In this document: in pieces, positions 36,716-51,011 of the stretch
Layout of the letters: each line of letters opens with the position of its first letter
How positions within the stretch are numbered: the first letter of the stretch is position 1
Assembly (NCBI GenBank): GCA_000934665.2
Contig: KZ538156.1
Span: 1-64,000, forward strand
Length of the DNA: 64,000 bases
DNA from: Catajapyx aquilonaris
Lineage: Eukaryota
Reading direction: 5' to 3'
Notes under the pieces: model-generated
What the model was told of the DNA's origin: nothing
The model's input: the letters and a program-made list of their open reading frames with translations, nothing else
Databases searched by the model: none
Program-made: the position numbers and the translations under genes

Positions 36716-39700
36716 AACCAAAGAGCTTTGTAATCGAAAGAATAGGTCGAAACCAGTGGCAAAGTTGGTAGTTCACTGACGCCTTCCACAGATGTCGTTA
36801 TATCCGCTTGCTAACTGCGTGCCATCTTCTGGTTGTACGAACGCTAGTAAATATAGAACCGCTTGTTCTGTATTTACTACCAATCACGCAACCAGCTTTG
36901 CTACTTGTTGCAAATCTGTTCTTTCATGGGTTTAGCAGGGATGAGAAGCGACAATTACGTGTCTTCCTTTCATGGGACCAAGTTATACAGCTATAATGAT
37001 AGGTACTAACCTAAAAAAATAACCTAACTATATTCTAGTTGGCGGCAAGAAAATATTGTAGCTTGAATAAAGTTTTGTATCATTTAATTTTTAATTTATT
37101 TTTTTCCCAGTGCTATAGGATGTAGTTTAAACACAAAAGGTAAGTCGGTCTAGTTAGAGTACCCACATTGTAACTTCTCAAAGAGAGGCGGAGACCTCAG
37201 CCCCTCCAGACACCTGATTTGGGAAGCAAAGGACCCCGCTTTCTGCCACACCAATCAGAATGATGGGCTACAGTGTGGTCCATAAGAAATGTACGTATTT
37301 TGAAACCCTACCGTGAGATGTCGCAATATTTAGGACATTTTTTTTAAAGAAGCTAGGCTATGGGTAGTATAATAATTATGTGCACCGTCAGTACTATTAG
37401 GTTAAATAGATGTATCGCAATTTGACCAGGGCTTAAAGAGGTTGAAGGTCAGGTGCTCCCTTACAAGCGAACGTATTCCGTGCAGGTTGGCCACAGTAGC
37501 CGTCTCCTCTTCAGTTCCCGTTGTGGAAACAGGTAAGGCCGTGAAAAACCTGAACGCTACCTCCGCTCACCTTCACCCTCTTTTGTGGGGGTCTTAAAAA
37601 ATGATATTAGTCGGTAGTAAGGGGGGGGAGTACCTCCAGGGGAGAAAACCGGAAAACATACCCCCCCCTACCCTACCCCCTACTCTTCTTCTACACCTTT
37701 TTTTTTTTAATCAGATGGACCATCCACCCTTCTGGCGGTCTTGCCCTGCCCAGCAAGCCCCCTCTAGGGAAGAAGATCGGTGAATGAAAGTGTCATTAAG
37801 TCTAGTCACGTGACTTCCTGTTTCCGGGCCAAGTTTTTTTTTCGCACAAGATTTTTATGCACGTGTTTGTAGGCATCGCACATTGACTGTCGATAAAACG
37901 CTTTATTTTTAGGTAATGGGCAGGGTTGGGATTTTTCAAAATACTTTAGGTACGTTTTTGTCCGAATGTAAACGGCCGGATTATGATAACGAAGTCGATT
38001 TTCAGATGCTAATTACAGGGTGACACGTTACGATTATTGCGGTCTAATGGCACATGCACTGGGGTTCAAATTGATGCCTTCATTAGCTGAGTATGATTTT
38101 CGACTGATAGAAGCTTAGGTATGTGACGTGAGAAGTTTGCATCATGTAAATTTTATACAGGTGATCATTAATGTGTAATGGTAGCTAAGCCATGATTATG
38201 TCGCTAATTGCAAAATGCGAATTATTTTTAACGGCCCCATTTTGACCAGACTGATTTCCTGCGAAAAAAAAAGCGGCGCACAAAATTACTGGTTGCAAAT
38301 TATAGGAAGTGACTTGGCCACCCATGACTGGTTTGCTACGATAAAAAGCGAAAACAACAGCGCATTTTTGTAGGGGGGAGTACAGTGTACGTGTGGGAGG
38401 GAGACAATACGAACATTGCAAAGTCCCCACCCTCTTCCCCCTCCGGCGCAAGGTCCAAGGGTCAAAGGTCAGAGGCGTTGGCTTCCCCCCAGATACACCA
38501 TCATCTTCCTGCTGCACTAGATGATAACCACTACCTGCTCTCATCAAGGCCCTTTAAATGCACCTCTACCACCTGTGCATTTTGGGTTGACAGGTGATCT
38601 TAAATTTGACCTCGAGGTTAAATGGCCGACAGTTTAACGGACAGTTTTAGAGCTAATTGCAATTGTGATTAGAGATACCTACAATGCTGATGACTAAATA
38701 CTATTTACACAAATCTGAAAATCAAACTAGTTAGAGTTGTTAGACGGTTAAGTAGTTACTTTAGAGGCTATATAATACTAGCTAAATACTAACAAGTACA
38801 TGGATCTGAGAAGTTAAGTCATTAAAATGGTTGAAGAGTTAATAGTTATTTTCACCGGTACTGCTGAACACAATGAGAAAATGTTAGCAAATGTTTCCAC
38901 GGTTCACATTTAAGTAAGACACTGAAACGTTAAAGTTAACACACTGTAGTACATCTTATTCGTGTAGCCTACACGAATAATTGTTCTGAATTAATGCAAC
39001 CTCAAAATATTGAGTAAATGTAATTTTTTAAAACATGTACAGAGTACAGTATATGTAAAGAGAAGAAGAAAGTAAAGTGGCCCGTGTTTTATCAGTTATT
39101 ATTGAAATGTATGCTGTTGCTTTAATTATACGTAATTCTCGTAATACAGTATACGAAAATATGTAATTCGATAATTTTAAATATCTTTCTCAATTATGCA
39201 GCGAAAATGGCAAACCTGCTGTAATTATCTGTTACTGTGAAAAATAGGTTAGGCTCCAAATAATAGGTATAAAATTAACAGGAAATAATATTATAAAAGT
39301 TCTATGCAGACAATTCCACCAAAAAATTGTGCATGTGCTAAATTTCACCAGAATATGCTAATTTTCCTCTATCGCCGCATCATCATCCTTGCTTTTTATT
39401 ATTGTGGCGTATACCGTGGAAATATGGGAAATTCCCTCTTTGGGAGGTTGGCTGGCTGCTTGGATGCATTTTACGAGTAAGAGGGAGAGGTGAAGGAGGG
39501 AGGGAGGGAGGGAGGGAGGGAACCTAAATCACCGCCTCCTTTTTCTTCCTCCGCGCTGGAATAATGAGCTTAATTAAGATTATTATGAACGTCAAGAAAA
39601 GGGCGAGGAAGGGGAGGAAGATGTGCCAATGTTGGGAAGGAGGGTTAGCATATAGCCATTTTCCTTGAGATATTGGAGAGGGAGCTGCAGGCAAGGGGAG

Positions 39701-40334
39701 GGCTTGAGTTCACTCAATTATGAGGCACGTCCGAAGGCAACTTGCACCCTTATAATATGGGGCTCCCTTGTAACTTCCACCCGCCCTTCCCCCCCCCCCC
39801 CTTTCTATTCGATTACATAACTTTTGAAAGAGACTCTAATTTATTTAGTATTGAAGTTGGTGGAATTATCGTAACGTCGTTTTCAGGGATTGTGTCAATA
39901 TTTGCGGTAATCCGAGGAGATACAGGGGGCTTGTAGCGGAAAACTGCTGCCATAGTTTGAACCTAAATTGCAGGAGTCAAATTGGTATAATGTGCTTGGC
40001 CTAATTGCGAATATTTTTGGTGATATTAACCTTGCAAAAGACACTCATACAAACACTATATGTAAAAAAAAAAAAATACGAGCACAACCGAGCGCGCACC
40101 AAAGTTCGCGCATCGTGCACGGTTGGAATTATCAGTGATAGACGACAAGCTCTCTGTACGTAGTGGTGTACTGCGCTTCACTTATTTCCAACGCTACGCT
40201 TATAGGGAGAAACAAAATGGCCGACATTTGCGACGTTGCAAAGGCTCGGGCAACAATGGAGCTGCGCGAGTGTGCACAGTTGCTATCGTACAAAAATCAT
40301 CTAGAGGGAACCCTTTGCCAAAGTTATGCACAAA

Positions 40335-40348
40335 ATGATGATGATGAT

Positions 40349-40392
<44 letters not shown>
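40335..40392. repeat. (GAT)n microsatellite
   Basis: Direct read. It explains the poly-Met and poly-Ser ORFs in the track. Confidence 0.97.
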
Positions 40393-42239
40393 AAATCAGG
40401 TTGCCATAGCGACCAAACTTGGACAAACATACAAACTTTCATAATTTTGTTTCTTCTGGGTTTTTAAATACAAAAACACACCTTGTGGCTCTATACATAT
40501 GATTGTCTAAATTTGGAGACTCTAACCTTTGTTGTCGCTGTTACGCTGACTTGTAAATGATAACAATGGTCACTTACAGATATTAAAATTTAAATTTAAA
40601 TTAAAACCTGGTTCCTGGTGGAAAATTCAATACTGCGATGACCATTGTTGACTGCTTTTCCGGAACTTCTTCCCTATATTATCCAGCTGGCTACTGGGAC
40701 ATTGTCATATACGAAAATAATAATTGCAGACCGTTGTTACCGATGGTTACCCACATTTTCATGCCTCCCTCGGCCAATAATTCGCAACATCCTGGGAACG
40801 AACAAAAATGTGGTGCAGTTTTAGGGAGCAGGATCGTAATGCACACCACCGTATCGGAAGGCTGATAGCGGCCCATGAGAAGAAGAAGGCGAAAACTTGT
40901 GTGAGAAACACCCCCTCCAAATAATGAAGTGCCAACCACGCCTTTTATTTTTGCTTGGAATTGAAACCCAATCGGTTGTGGGCGTGGGAAGTGTGGGACA
41001 ATGACCTTCAAAAAAGTGCAGTGCAGTTAGAGTGTCCACTTGGCCATTCAAGACACCATGGCATCATGCTAGTTTGGAATGAATGGCCGTGGCGTAAGGC
41101 GGGAACTCATCTCCGGTCCGTTTTTTTTCTTTTCAACAATATAAAAATCCGAGGGGGCAAAACTGGACTACCGGTTTGTAAGAGTGGTACAGACGGTGTA
41201 GAAAATGAATTGCCATCCGGGGGTGTAATTTTCGCGGCCGCAGATGCCCCTCCAGCAATGGTCATCCGGTATAGGGTGTGCCAGTGTGTAGATTGGCTCA
41301 AAATGAGTAGAAAATGTAGGAGCAAGAATGGGGACAAACCGACCAGTAATTTTGTAGAAGACGACAAACTTCAGGGTGTTTCCACATTTCTGACTATATT
41401 TTGTAGCAATCATTTCTGACTCACTCTGTAAAATTTGAGATGCCAAATGGTGTCTTGAAATGTGGGCTTTGATACTGTCGGATGTGTGTAACTTCACGGC
41501 TGTAAGGCTGTTATTACCGCTAATTTGTAGGGAAGCATGGAGATATTGCGAAATGACGTTTGAAAAATTATGGAGGCGGAATTATTTTAAAAAACCTGCT
41601 CTTGATATGTTCTCGGAGGGTAAACATCGACAGGATGGACAGACTCATACTCTTGATAAATGCTACTTTTGCATAGGAATGTACCGGGCATTTAAACGAG
41701 TCCTGGAAACAACACGTGTTCCTCGTGGGCCAATCTGTCAATCCTTCTTGAATTACTACTTTTTATCTACTATACGGAGGTTTTTTTTTGGTTTACGAGC
41801 ACTGCATGTGTATCATTCTGAATGGGCGATCTGGCCTGACTTGATTGCAATGGCAGCACCTCATCGCGAATTAAAATTCAGATCAATGGGCGTTGTGGAA
41901 GGAGGGGGTGGATTTATAGGACAGGATTTGCCAGATATGTTGTTGCATTGCAAAGAGGAAGAGGAAGTCTTCATTCATCCTGTTCATTGGAAATTACTTT
42001 GCTTCCAGCAGGTACGTCTGGTCAGTTTTCAAGGTTCTGCATTACCTCCATTTTTGGACTTTGCAAGCTAATTGTTACAAGAAGAAATTACAATAGCAAC
42101 TATCATCAATACAGTAATAGTAGTACAGTAGTTGGCTTGGGAGCATAAATTTAATATATGTGCTTTTAAAAATTTAAATTCATTGAATGCTTTTATTTGA
42201 AATAATATTCAGAGCTAATTTTGATAACGTCTAAAGGTC

Positions 42240-42822
42240 TAGAGGCTTATTTTATACAGCTACTTTTAGACGGCTTAAGAATTAGCTATCTGAAAGTTAG
42301 CTAAAGCCTAAACATTAACTGTCTAAAAGTAGCGGATTATTTTACGCAGCTACTCTTAGACGTTATAAAATTTAACTGTCTAGTAGCTGATTATTTTACG
42401 CAGCTACTCTTAGACGTTATGAAATTTAACTGTCTAAAAGTAGCTGATTATTTTACGCAGCTACTCTTAGACGTTGTAAGAATTAGCCATGTGAAAGTTA
42501 GCTAAAGCCTAAACATTAACTGTCTAAAAGTAGCGGATTATTTTACGCAGCTACTCTTAGACGTTATGAAATTTAACTGTCTAGTAGCTGATTATTTTAC
42601 GCAGCTACTCTTAGACGTTATGAAATTTAACTGTCTAAAAGTACCTGATTATTTTAAGCAGATACTTTTAGATGTTATAAAATTAGCTGTTTAAAAGTTA
42701 GCTGAATTCTGGAAATTAACTGTCTAAAAGTAGCTGATTATTTTACGCAGCTACTCTTAGACGTTATAAGAATTAGCTGTCTAAAAGTTAGCTAAAGTGT
42801 AAAAATTAACGTTATAAAAATT
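42240..42822. repeat. Minisatellite array with higher-order structure
   Basis: Core tagctgattattttacgcagctactcttagacgttat(g/a)aaatttaactgtcta repeated about 7-8 times as ~56-59 bp units. These are interspersed with longer ~90-bp units carrying aaagttagctaaagcctaaacattaac. Confidence 0.93.
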
Positions 42823-45800
42823 TATTGTGGCGAAATTCGCTAACCACTTTGGGCATTAAGGTTAGAACACATTGTATTATATTACTACCAGTGTTAGTAC
42901 CGCTACGTGTAGTACAGTGGGCAATGTAAGTGGAAATAACTGCTTTAAATCATAAGAACGTGACGCAGCACGAGGTCCATTGTGTGTTAATTAAATTACA
43001 CGCTTCAATTTTTTTTTACAATTAGAATTAAAATGTTGTCCAAAAGAAGTTGAACTTGTTTTGTACGTGTTATTGAGTAAAACTGATCAGAACTGACGCC
43101 CACACCGTTTATAAAACATATCCGCTCGTTTTTTTTTTTTTTTTTGCTGTGTTAAAACTGGTTCAAGCCCTGTCGATACATACAGGTCGATACATACAGG
43201 TGAAATTGTGAGTAGGAGTTAACTTCCATGTTTTTTTCTATCTCTCCCTTTTCTTCCCGAGATCCTCACGTATCGTCCGCATCTTTAGGAATCATCTCCC
43301 TTGTCAAAGGCTATTTAACGATTAATATTTATAAGCTTATCTGCACGAATTCCTCTCGACATAAATTAGAGACCTAATTGGCCGGATAGGTGAATATATC
43401 TGGTGACCCGGGGTTACAGTTTGTTTTCCGCCGCCGAGATTCGACACGAGCTTGCGCTGCAGGTTATTAAGTGGGGAAGAATTTTTCTTGAGAGAGAAAG
43501 AATTGAAGCCGCTATAAATCTCACACCTACGAATGTATCGATTGGATGATAGGGCTGTAAACAATGCTCAAGTGCAGGCTGCGGACGGGTTCGATGAAAG
43601 TGATTTTGATAGCACATGACAGGACGGGGAGAAGCCGATCGAGGTTGATGGTGATAGCACACTGGCAGAACCATCGCGATGATAATAGTAATCGACCAAT
43701 AGGTGCATAGAAATTGATCGATAATATCGAATCCATATCGATTTTGATAGTATCGATTACTATGAGGACAGGGAATAATAGTACAATTTGCTCGGTAGGC
43801 CTGCAAGATATAAACCCTGAGCAGGCAGTGAGTGGTATCGGCAGTAAATGATCTGCGGTATTCCGAAGAACGAGCACATAACGAGAAAGAGCAGATAATA
43901 ATAACGACAATGATTTATTGAAATATTGCCGAATTCGATGCTATCGACTTGGATTAGTCGATAATACCGATACTGATAGTACAGATTAGAATAAGAGACA
44001 TTGTGCCGATTCCAATAGTAGCCTATTTATTTTAAGAACTATTGATGTTACGGATTTTCATGTCGATTTGTCAATAGAAGTATTGATAGTACCGATTCCT
44101 ACAGTATCTATTTTAAAAGCTATTGATATCGATTTATAAGGCATGAGATAGTACCGATTCTGTGGAGTATTGATAGTACTGTGCCGATTTACAGGAAGCC
44201 CGTTTACTTTGATAACTATAACTGTGTACTTATCGACACAATCATCTTCTCATGTGGTTGCCGACTTGCTCAGAACCGTATCCTAAGCTCACATACTGAT
44301 CCATTACATTACTGATCATTGCAGAATGACCCAGATTGCAATAGTGAATCCTTTTGTGTACGATCATGTCCATTGGGGCAGTCGAAAGAAACTTATGTCC
44401 ACGACCTTTCCAGTGCACATGAGTGGGGAGGTCATGACCTCTTCAAGATGAGAATCCCCTGGCAAAGCAGCATGACAAGGATGCTCCGCCCTTTTGTGTC
44501 CTATGACGTAACTATAGCCGAGAGGAAAAGGACAATGGAAAGGGGGGACTGCAGCATGCAACAATGCCAATCGACTATTTTTGCATCGGGTCACCTTTCT
44601 TCTCAAATTTTTTTCTGGAAAATAATAGAAAAAAAAGCATGTGGATGATGGGTTTTTGGTGGGGGGAGGTTGATGAGCCCCCCAGAAATGGTCATTAGGT
44701 TTCCCACCGGAAACCACCATTTCCTGAAAAATCTCTTTAATGGTGGATGAAACCGTCCTTACTTTTTTTTTGTTGGAAGCGTCGTATCTTCGACTGACGC
44801 TTTCCTGCTGTGCAATATAGGAAAGCATCCGGTTCCGTAATCCCAAGGTTGTCTTAATATAGTCCAATTAAACTGCCGCAAGGTCCGAAACTTGCGATTT
44901 TTTCACTTTTTTTTTCTTCAGACAAAAGGGAGGGGAGAAGGCGACGAAGAAAAATATACACTAAAAAAAATATGGCGGAGTTAGCACGCGTCAGGTACTT
45001 TTGGAGACTAATTATCTGGGTACCTGGCATTCTTCCGCCCAAGACCTACTTTACCGTAATTACTCAAAAGCCCTGACATGAATTAAGGACTAATAATGCT
45101 CACTGGCCCCTATCGCATGGGCACCCAGCCCTTGCAAAAAAAGGGCACCTTTGAGAAGCATTCCTGGAAATAAAAACATTTCTTTGTTGTGTGCTTTATT
45201 GTGCAATGCAGCAGTGCTCTATTGTAGATTAAATACTGTTTTTTTATTTTAGTTAGGGCTATGTAGGAGTTTATTATCTTTTAACACTATATATTTATGC
45301 AAATATGTTTATTTTGATGTTTAATTAGAAATTTATAGTAATTTACAGGAACATCAGTATAATTTTGATTAACGCTAATTTTATGAATTTATACTTCTGC
45401 TAGTTATTAATTAGTTGTAGTTATTATTTTATGTATTACTACTTTATTGTTTAATGTTATTTGTCATTATCAGTGCTACAGTCTACTAATAGCCTTACAC
45501 GGTATATGTGTTATGTACTGTATGTATAACCGTCATCATGAAGTTATAGTCTACGCATTGCTTTAAATTAAATTTTTGTGGTTTTATTTTTCTGGATATT
45601 GCAAATCCAGTTAAAATCATTTTGTAAATGATTTTAAAAGATCTACCTATTAACTACCTACTACTTATTACCCGCTATACTACTACTTATTAATTAGTTA
45701 TTTCCAAGTAGGCCTACTTGTACGTTTCAATTAATTTATTTCTAAATAGAATTTATAATTAATTGTCATATCATCATCGTAATCATCATGATTATTATTA

Positions 45801-45855
45801 TCATACTTTGATTATGATAAAGTACAACTATCATCACCTCTGTTACCACTGATTA

Positions 45856-45994
45856 TTGGAAATTGATTAGTAATGAACGTTACGGTGACGTCATTAATTT
45901 GTACTTCCACAATACACTACACAATAATTGTAGCGTACTGTGGAAGTACAAATTAATGACGTCACCATTACGGTCATTACTAATCAATTTCCAA
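45856..45994. mobile_element. Fold-back palindromic element with TTA flanks
   Basis: TTA|ttggaaattgattagtaatga...gacgtcattaatttgtacttccaca ... tgtggaagtacaaattaatgacgtc...tcattactaatcaatttccaa|TTA. Confidence 0.8.
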
Positions 45995-46033
45995 TTAAAT
46001 AAATACATAATTATTTATGACTATTATATTATT

Positions 46034-46102
46034 TAAGTAAATAAATTACTAAGTTAAGGCTCGTAATAATTACGAGACTTAACTTAGCAATTTATTTACT
46101 TA
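46034..46102. repeat. Near-perfect palindrome
   Basis: taagtaaataaattactaagttaaggctcgtaat-a-attacgagacttaacttagcaatttatttactta. Confidence 0.9.
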
Positions 46103-49100
46103 CTGTAGAATCTGATGCATCTGTGTGTGATTGGTGAAGGATATATTTGCAGACATTGTAATGCTCATAGTTATAGCCTGTCGCTGAAGTGAGAAAGTAT
46201 GAAAAAGCGAAAATTGTTGCGGAATTCACGCCATTGGAACCTGGTCGATCAGATAGCAACGGTGATTTATTCCTGTTAAGCTGTGATATAAGAAAGTCGT
46301 AAATTATGGTGAAAGTACGCAGTCACTTGTAGCATACAACCGGTTCACTCCCCCCATTTTTGGGGATGTAAGAAATGGGTGGGTGGGTGGGTGGGTTGCC
46401 GGATTTTCAGATTCCAGAAATATGTAAGTACAGGCCAAGAATTTTTCACGGTTGATCATAAAACCAGCAGCCGCAATCTACAAGTACATCTGATGTCATG
46501 GGCCATGAAAACAAGCTGCATGTGACTAATCGTCATCTAATGAATGTTCTTGATATTGAGATATTTGCCAATAATTTCCGTGTTGGCCAATTCACAAATC
46601 ACTTTTAATATTCGGGAGAGTCTACACAGACGAATCCTCCTGTCTTGTGAATGAAAATTGCGCAAGGCTACTTCCAAGCTCGGCTGGGCAGTCTCTTGAA
46701 TGAAATGCGGTCTAGAAGGAGGAGTGGAGAGGGGGTCATGAGGTGGCGTGCGCCTTGTCTCAGTCGGCTGATTATGCTCGCATGCATCCTGAACCCCCCC
46801 TATTCCTACTCATGTCTTCCTGACCACGCCCCACCGCCTCACATTTCCTTCTGCCTCTTTCTGCCTACATCTCTCTGCAATCATATTTTTTTAAAAAAAC
46901 TTTATTAATATACACGAACTAGTAATGAACCTAATGAGTCTAAAGTGTGTCCCAACCTCAAACGAACCAAACATGAACATACAAATAAACTTTGCCTTTT
47001 ATAATAGAGATGCTTGGTCATGATTTTGATAGGATGGGTCCTAATCCGGCTTCGAATTGGGGGTGGAGCCGTTCACCCCTGAGGGCCAGGTCATCCGAAA
47101 TGGTGTGGTGAACACCTTCTGTAGCAGCTGGAACGGAGCACCGTGCCATTCTCTTCGTTTATGAAGTTTTTGAGTGGGGTGGGGGGGGTGGGGGAGTATA
47201 AGAAGGAGACGAGGCGAGGCGGAATGTAGCCTTGGGTGTTCGGTACCGCCTCTTTTGTGCGAGATACGTACCAAGAGGGATATCACATTTGAGATTTTTT
47301 GTTTGTGATATAGCTGTCTCTAATATACCGGACGAGCATTGCTAGATAAGCGGCACGCATTTTATTTTACAAAAATTGCGCCGAGTTGTATGCAAATCGA
47401 ATTATTAATATTCATCAGCGTAGGTCTGCATGCCTGATGGTTATTTTTTTTGTATGTTGTAAGCAGCTGGAGTGTCCTCACCAGAAAAACCCTCGCTTCG
47501 CTCACTGGGTAAGTGTGTGGGGAGGGAGCGATGTAGACCCTCCGGCCGACAGCGAACGTATGGATGGTTCCTCCTCTCACCCACCAGAGGCGCTGCCGCC
47601 ACCCCAATTGCGCCTGCGCAGAACGGGAGCCAATCGGAAGCGTCGCGGTAACACTATATACGACGAACCAATAAGAAGGCATAACCATACAACATGAACA
47701 TTATTTTAATATTATAGATATAGATAGTTGCAGTATAGGTATGGAAATATATTTCATGAACTTATATGAATAGTACCAGCATTTATCAAGTCTCCATAGT
47801 CATACAAGAGTTGGATTGTTGCATTAAGACAAAGATTAGAATGACTTACAAGGCGGATCCGACCAAACAATGGAATAAAATTATATTGTCCAGCCAACAT
47901 CATAGGTTTGCATAACACAAACGCGAGTAAGGTCACGATTTGCGTCTTCCAAGCGTTGCAACAAAAGTCGGATTACAATAATTTGTTCTGCCTCGAGTAA
48001 CGTTTAGGTCGGTTTCAAACGAGATCACCAACAAGTGCACAATGACTCTCCTCTCTTCAAGAGTGTACAAGAGTGTACTCGAAAGAAGAATGGTTCATAA
48101 TGTCAGTGCACTGACACGTAATGGTTCATGAAGTGGAAAAAAAAACAGTGCGTTGCATCACATCCCTGTTTTGTTCAACTCATCAAGTTCAACGGAAGCT
48201 TCTCTCAACTTCAACGTTGTTTTTAAAAAATTGAGCATTTTCTTCGATTTATTTAAATGGCATAAACACTCTAAGAATATGTTTATTTATTTGAAAAATA
48301 ATTTACACGAATATTTCACTATTTGAACCCAGTATAGCATCCTTTGTAGGACACTTGTACAGATTTTATTCATTGTGTTTGATCACAATTATTTTAAATT
48401 TTTGTACATAAATAATTCATGCCCATCTAAACAGAAAAAATCTCGTATTTACTGTACAGTACGCAGTATATGTAGGCCTATTTATGTAATGTCAACCGAA
48501 AGAAATGAAAATCTGGACATAGCAACAGTGATTGAGGAACAGGTGTATTCAAATGCAATCTGCGTCCCGTATATATATATTTTTTTTGTGTTGAACCTGC
48601 TCGTTCCGGTGACTTGAAACTGTGGGTGGTTGGGTGGTGAAAAGAACAAACTTCCGCCCAAAAGAGGGCGCCATGGAACCCACGCCGACTCCTGAGGACC
48701 TCAGTACCAAAAAGACGTGCACTGAGCCGTGCCAATTCTGGCCAGAAGGGGTGGAGAGAACAGGAATGATTCTATGGCACTTGCGACAGGAAACTACTTT
48801 TTTTTTTCATCCACCCACCCACCCACTTCCCCCCAAACTTAGCGTCCTTTTGAAACCCGAGGTATATTGAACCTTGATATGTTGCTCTAGGACAATACCT
48901 TTATTTCCTGCTCTATATGGGAGTTGGACTGACACTGAGGGAGGAGGGTTGGCCAGAAAAGAAAACCTGTGTTGTCTCCGGTTTTGTTGCGGCGTGGGAA
49001 TAAAAAAATCGGTGTATGTTGCATGTGTTGTGCTTCGAGTATGTTAGCATAACGTATGCAAATTGGGGGGGGGGGGGGCTAGATTTTGACGCTGTCACGG

Positions 49101-49411
49101 ACTGGAGAAGTCATTAGGATGTGACTGTATTGAGAAGTAGATTCTAGTGCGTTTGTTATCAGTTGATCATACTTTCAACATTTCCGTGAGATATGTTAAA
49201 GTTATATTAGAATGACTGTGTAATATATTGCTCATAATTCTTCTTATTTTTCGAGGAACTCACTCGAAGAAGAAGAAAGAAAAGAAAAGTATTGAGAAGT
49301 AGATTCCAGTGCGTTTTTATCATGATCCTACTTATAAAATTTGCGTGATATGTGCCAATGTTCCATTAGGGTGAAGGTGTAATGCATTGCTCGGCATAAT
49401 AATTATTAGTT

Positions 49412-49641
49412 CGCAGCCTTCCAGGTCCCGAGTTCGATCCCCGGGTCGGACAGAGAATACTTATGTAGATAGAGTTTCGATGGGTTCTCTCCGTGTTCGC
49501 GTGGGTTTTCTCGGGATTCTCCCGTTTCGTCCCACTATCAAAATCCATCACAGCAAAGGCAATTATTAAAGTAGGTTCATTAAAAAGATGATACCCTAAA
49601 AAGCACAGGGAGGCTTATCACGGGGTATCCCTTATTATTGT
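49412..49641 (+). mobile_element. 5'-truncated copy of the V-like SINE family
   Basis: gagttcgatccccgggtcggacagag...gttcgcgtgggttttctcggg...aaaatccatcaca...ggaggcttatcac..ggtatcc matches 25114-25389. Confidence 0.88.
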
Positions 49642-50948
49642 TGAATCTTACATAGAATTGGCTAGTCGAGACTGTCTGTCCACAGTCACTCATCACCAAC
49701 GTGCACGCAGTACTTCTTTCCCCCGGAGAGCGGCAGTAGTGTACGGAGAGGGAGGCGCGCCATCTGTCAATATATTGCATATCGCACTACATACAAATGG
49801 GGGCGAGCCGAGCACAGTTTTTGCCAAGTTTTCACTCTCGTTATTGAATAATATTTAGTGAAAGATTTTAATGCAAACCCTAGCAGGTTGCCTGCAGTGA
49901 CTCGTATTAAAATAGTAAAATATTAGACATTTTCTGCAATGCAATTGAGCTATTATTCAGATGTCATTCTGTTCAAATCACGGTTATTTGCGAGTATTTT
50001 TAGCGGAATAGACTTACGCAATGTCCATGTCATATAGGCTGTTTTTATAGGATTTCCGCACCAGTACGGGAAGCCCTTTTGTTAAAAACTCAGCATTGAT
50101 GCCTGATGATACGATTCAAACGTAAGATAAGCCTTGGTCGGATTGATAGGAGGAAAGGAAAGCTAGGGGAGAATTATCCCCCCCCCCCCTCCCCCGGAAA
50201 AATGTCATTGTAACGTGACAGAATTATCAACGTTGTTGGATGAACCGTGACAATGAATGGGGTGTCCGGTTCGACAATTTTTCCTCCCCCCTTTTATCCC
50301 ACATCGCAGGAAACTGTTTGAATAATAGGGACATAATGGAAGTTGTGGGAATAAAAGAAGAAGAAGAAAAAAAAAAGTGGTCAGCGGTTTTCTTAGAGGA
50401 CCCTGTGTAGAAGGCGGCAAAAACGCTGCGTTAGTAGTACGGTTAATACGGAAACGCGCATGAGTGGTCCTGTGGAATTGAATGCCTGAATAGGCAGATA
50501 TCTCGAGTGATCCCTCCTTTGGCCAAAAAGCCTATTTTTTCCCATTCCAGAAAATTCCCAGAAGTGGGAAGAAAAAGCGAATCGACAGGATCTCTCTCCG
50601 TTTTCAGTCATCCGCCAATAAAAATTGTGGGGTGTTAAAACGTGGATATGAGAAGTAACTGTGCAGGGGAAAATGAAAGTGGGTCTTTTTGCACTATCCA
50701 ACTGATGATTAGTGCAAAAACGTGTGTCCAGGATGCCCCCCGAACGATGGAAAATTATCACTGAATCGTGGTGTGGCCGAAACTTTTTTTTGCATATATT
50801 ACACTAGCAGCGGAGCCAGTTCTTCGCACGACCTGTTTCCATGGTAATCTTACAATGCTGTGTATATGAGGAAAAGGTGGCTTGCTTGTCCATGGCAACA
50901 GGTTATCATGGCATAAAAGACAACTATTTATATTTGTTGATTACACAT

Positions 50949-51011
50949 ACCGCAAAACATTAAAAGAACATCACTGGTGTCACCAGTGATGCTCTTTTAA
51001 TGTTTTGCGGT
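50949..51011. repeat. Near-perfect palindrome
   Basis: accgcaaaacattaaaagaacatcactggtg-t-caccagtgatgctcttttaatgttttgcggt. Confidence 0.9.

Noticed and set aside
40163..40444. Poly-Met and poly-Ser ORFs
   Set aside because: Artefacts of the (GAT)n microsatellite.
40955..42071. 154-aa and 203-aa ORFs as a transposase or gene
   Set aside because: No DDE, RT or other motif recognised and starts are non-ATG. A weak inverted match (ttcaagacaccat at ~41048 and ~41447-41459) is too little to define an element.
42240..42822. CRISPR array
   Set aside because: The sequence between repeats is itself repeated rather than unique spacers, the context is eukaryotic and no cas genes are present.
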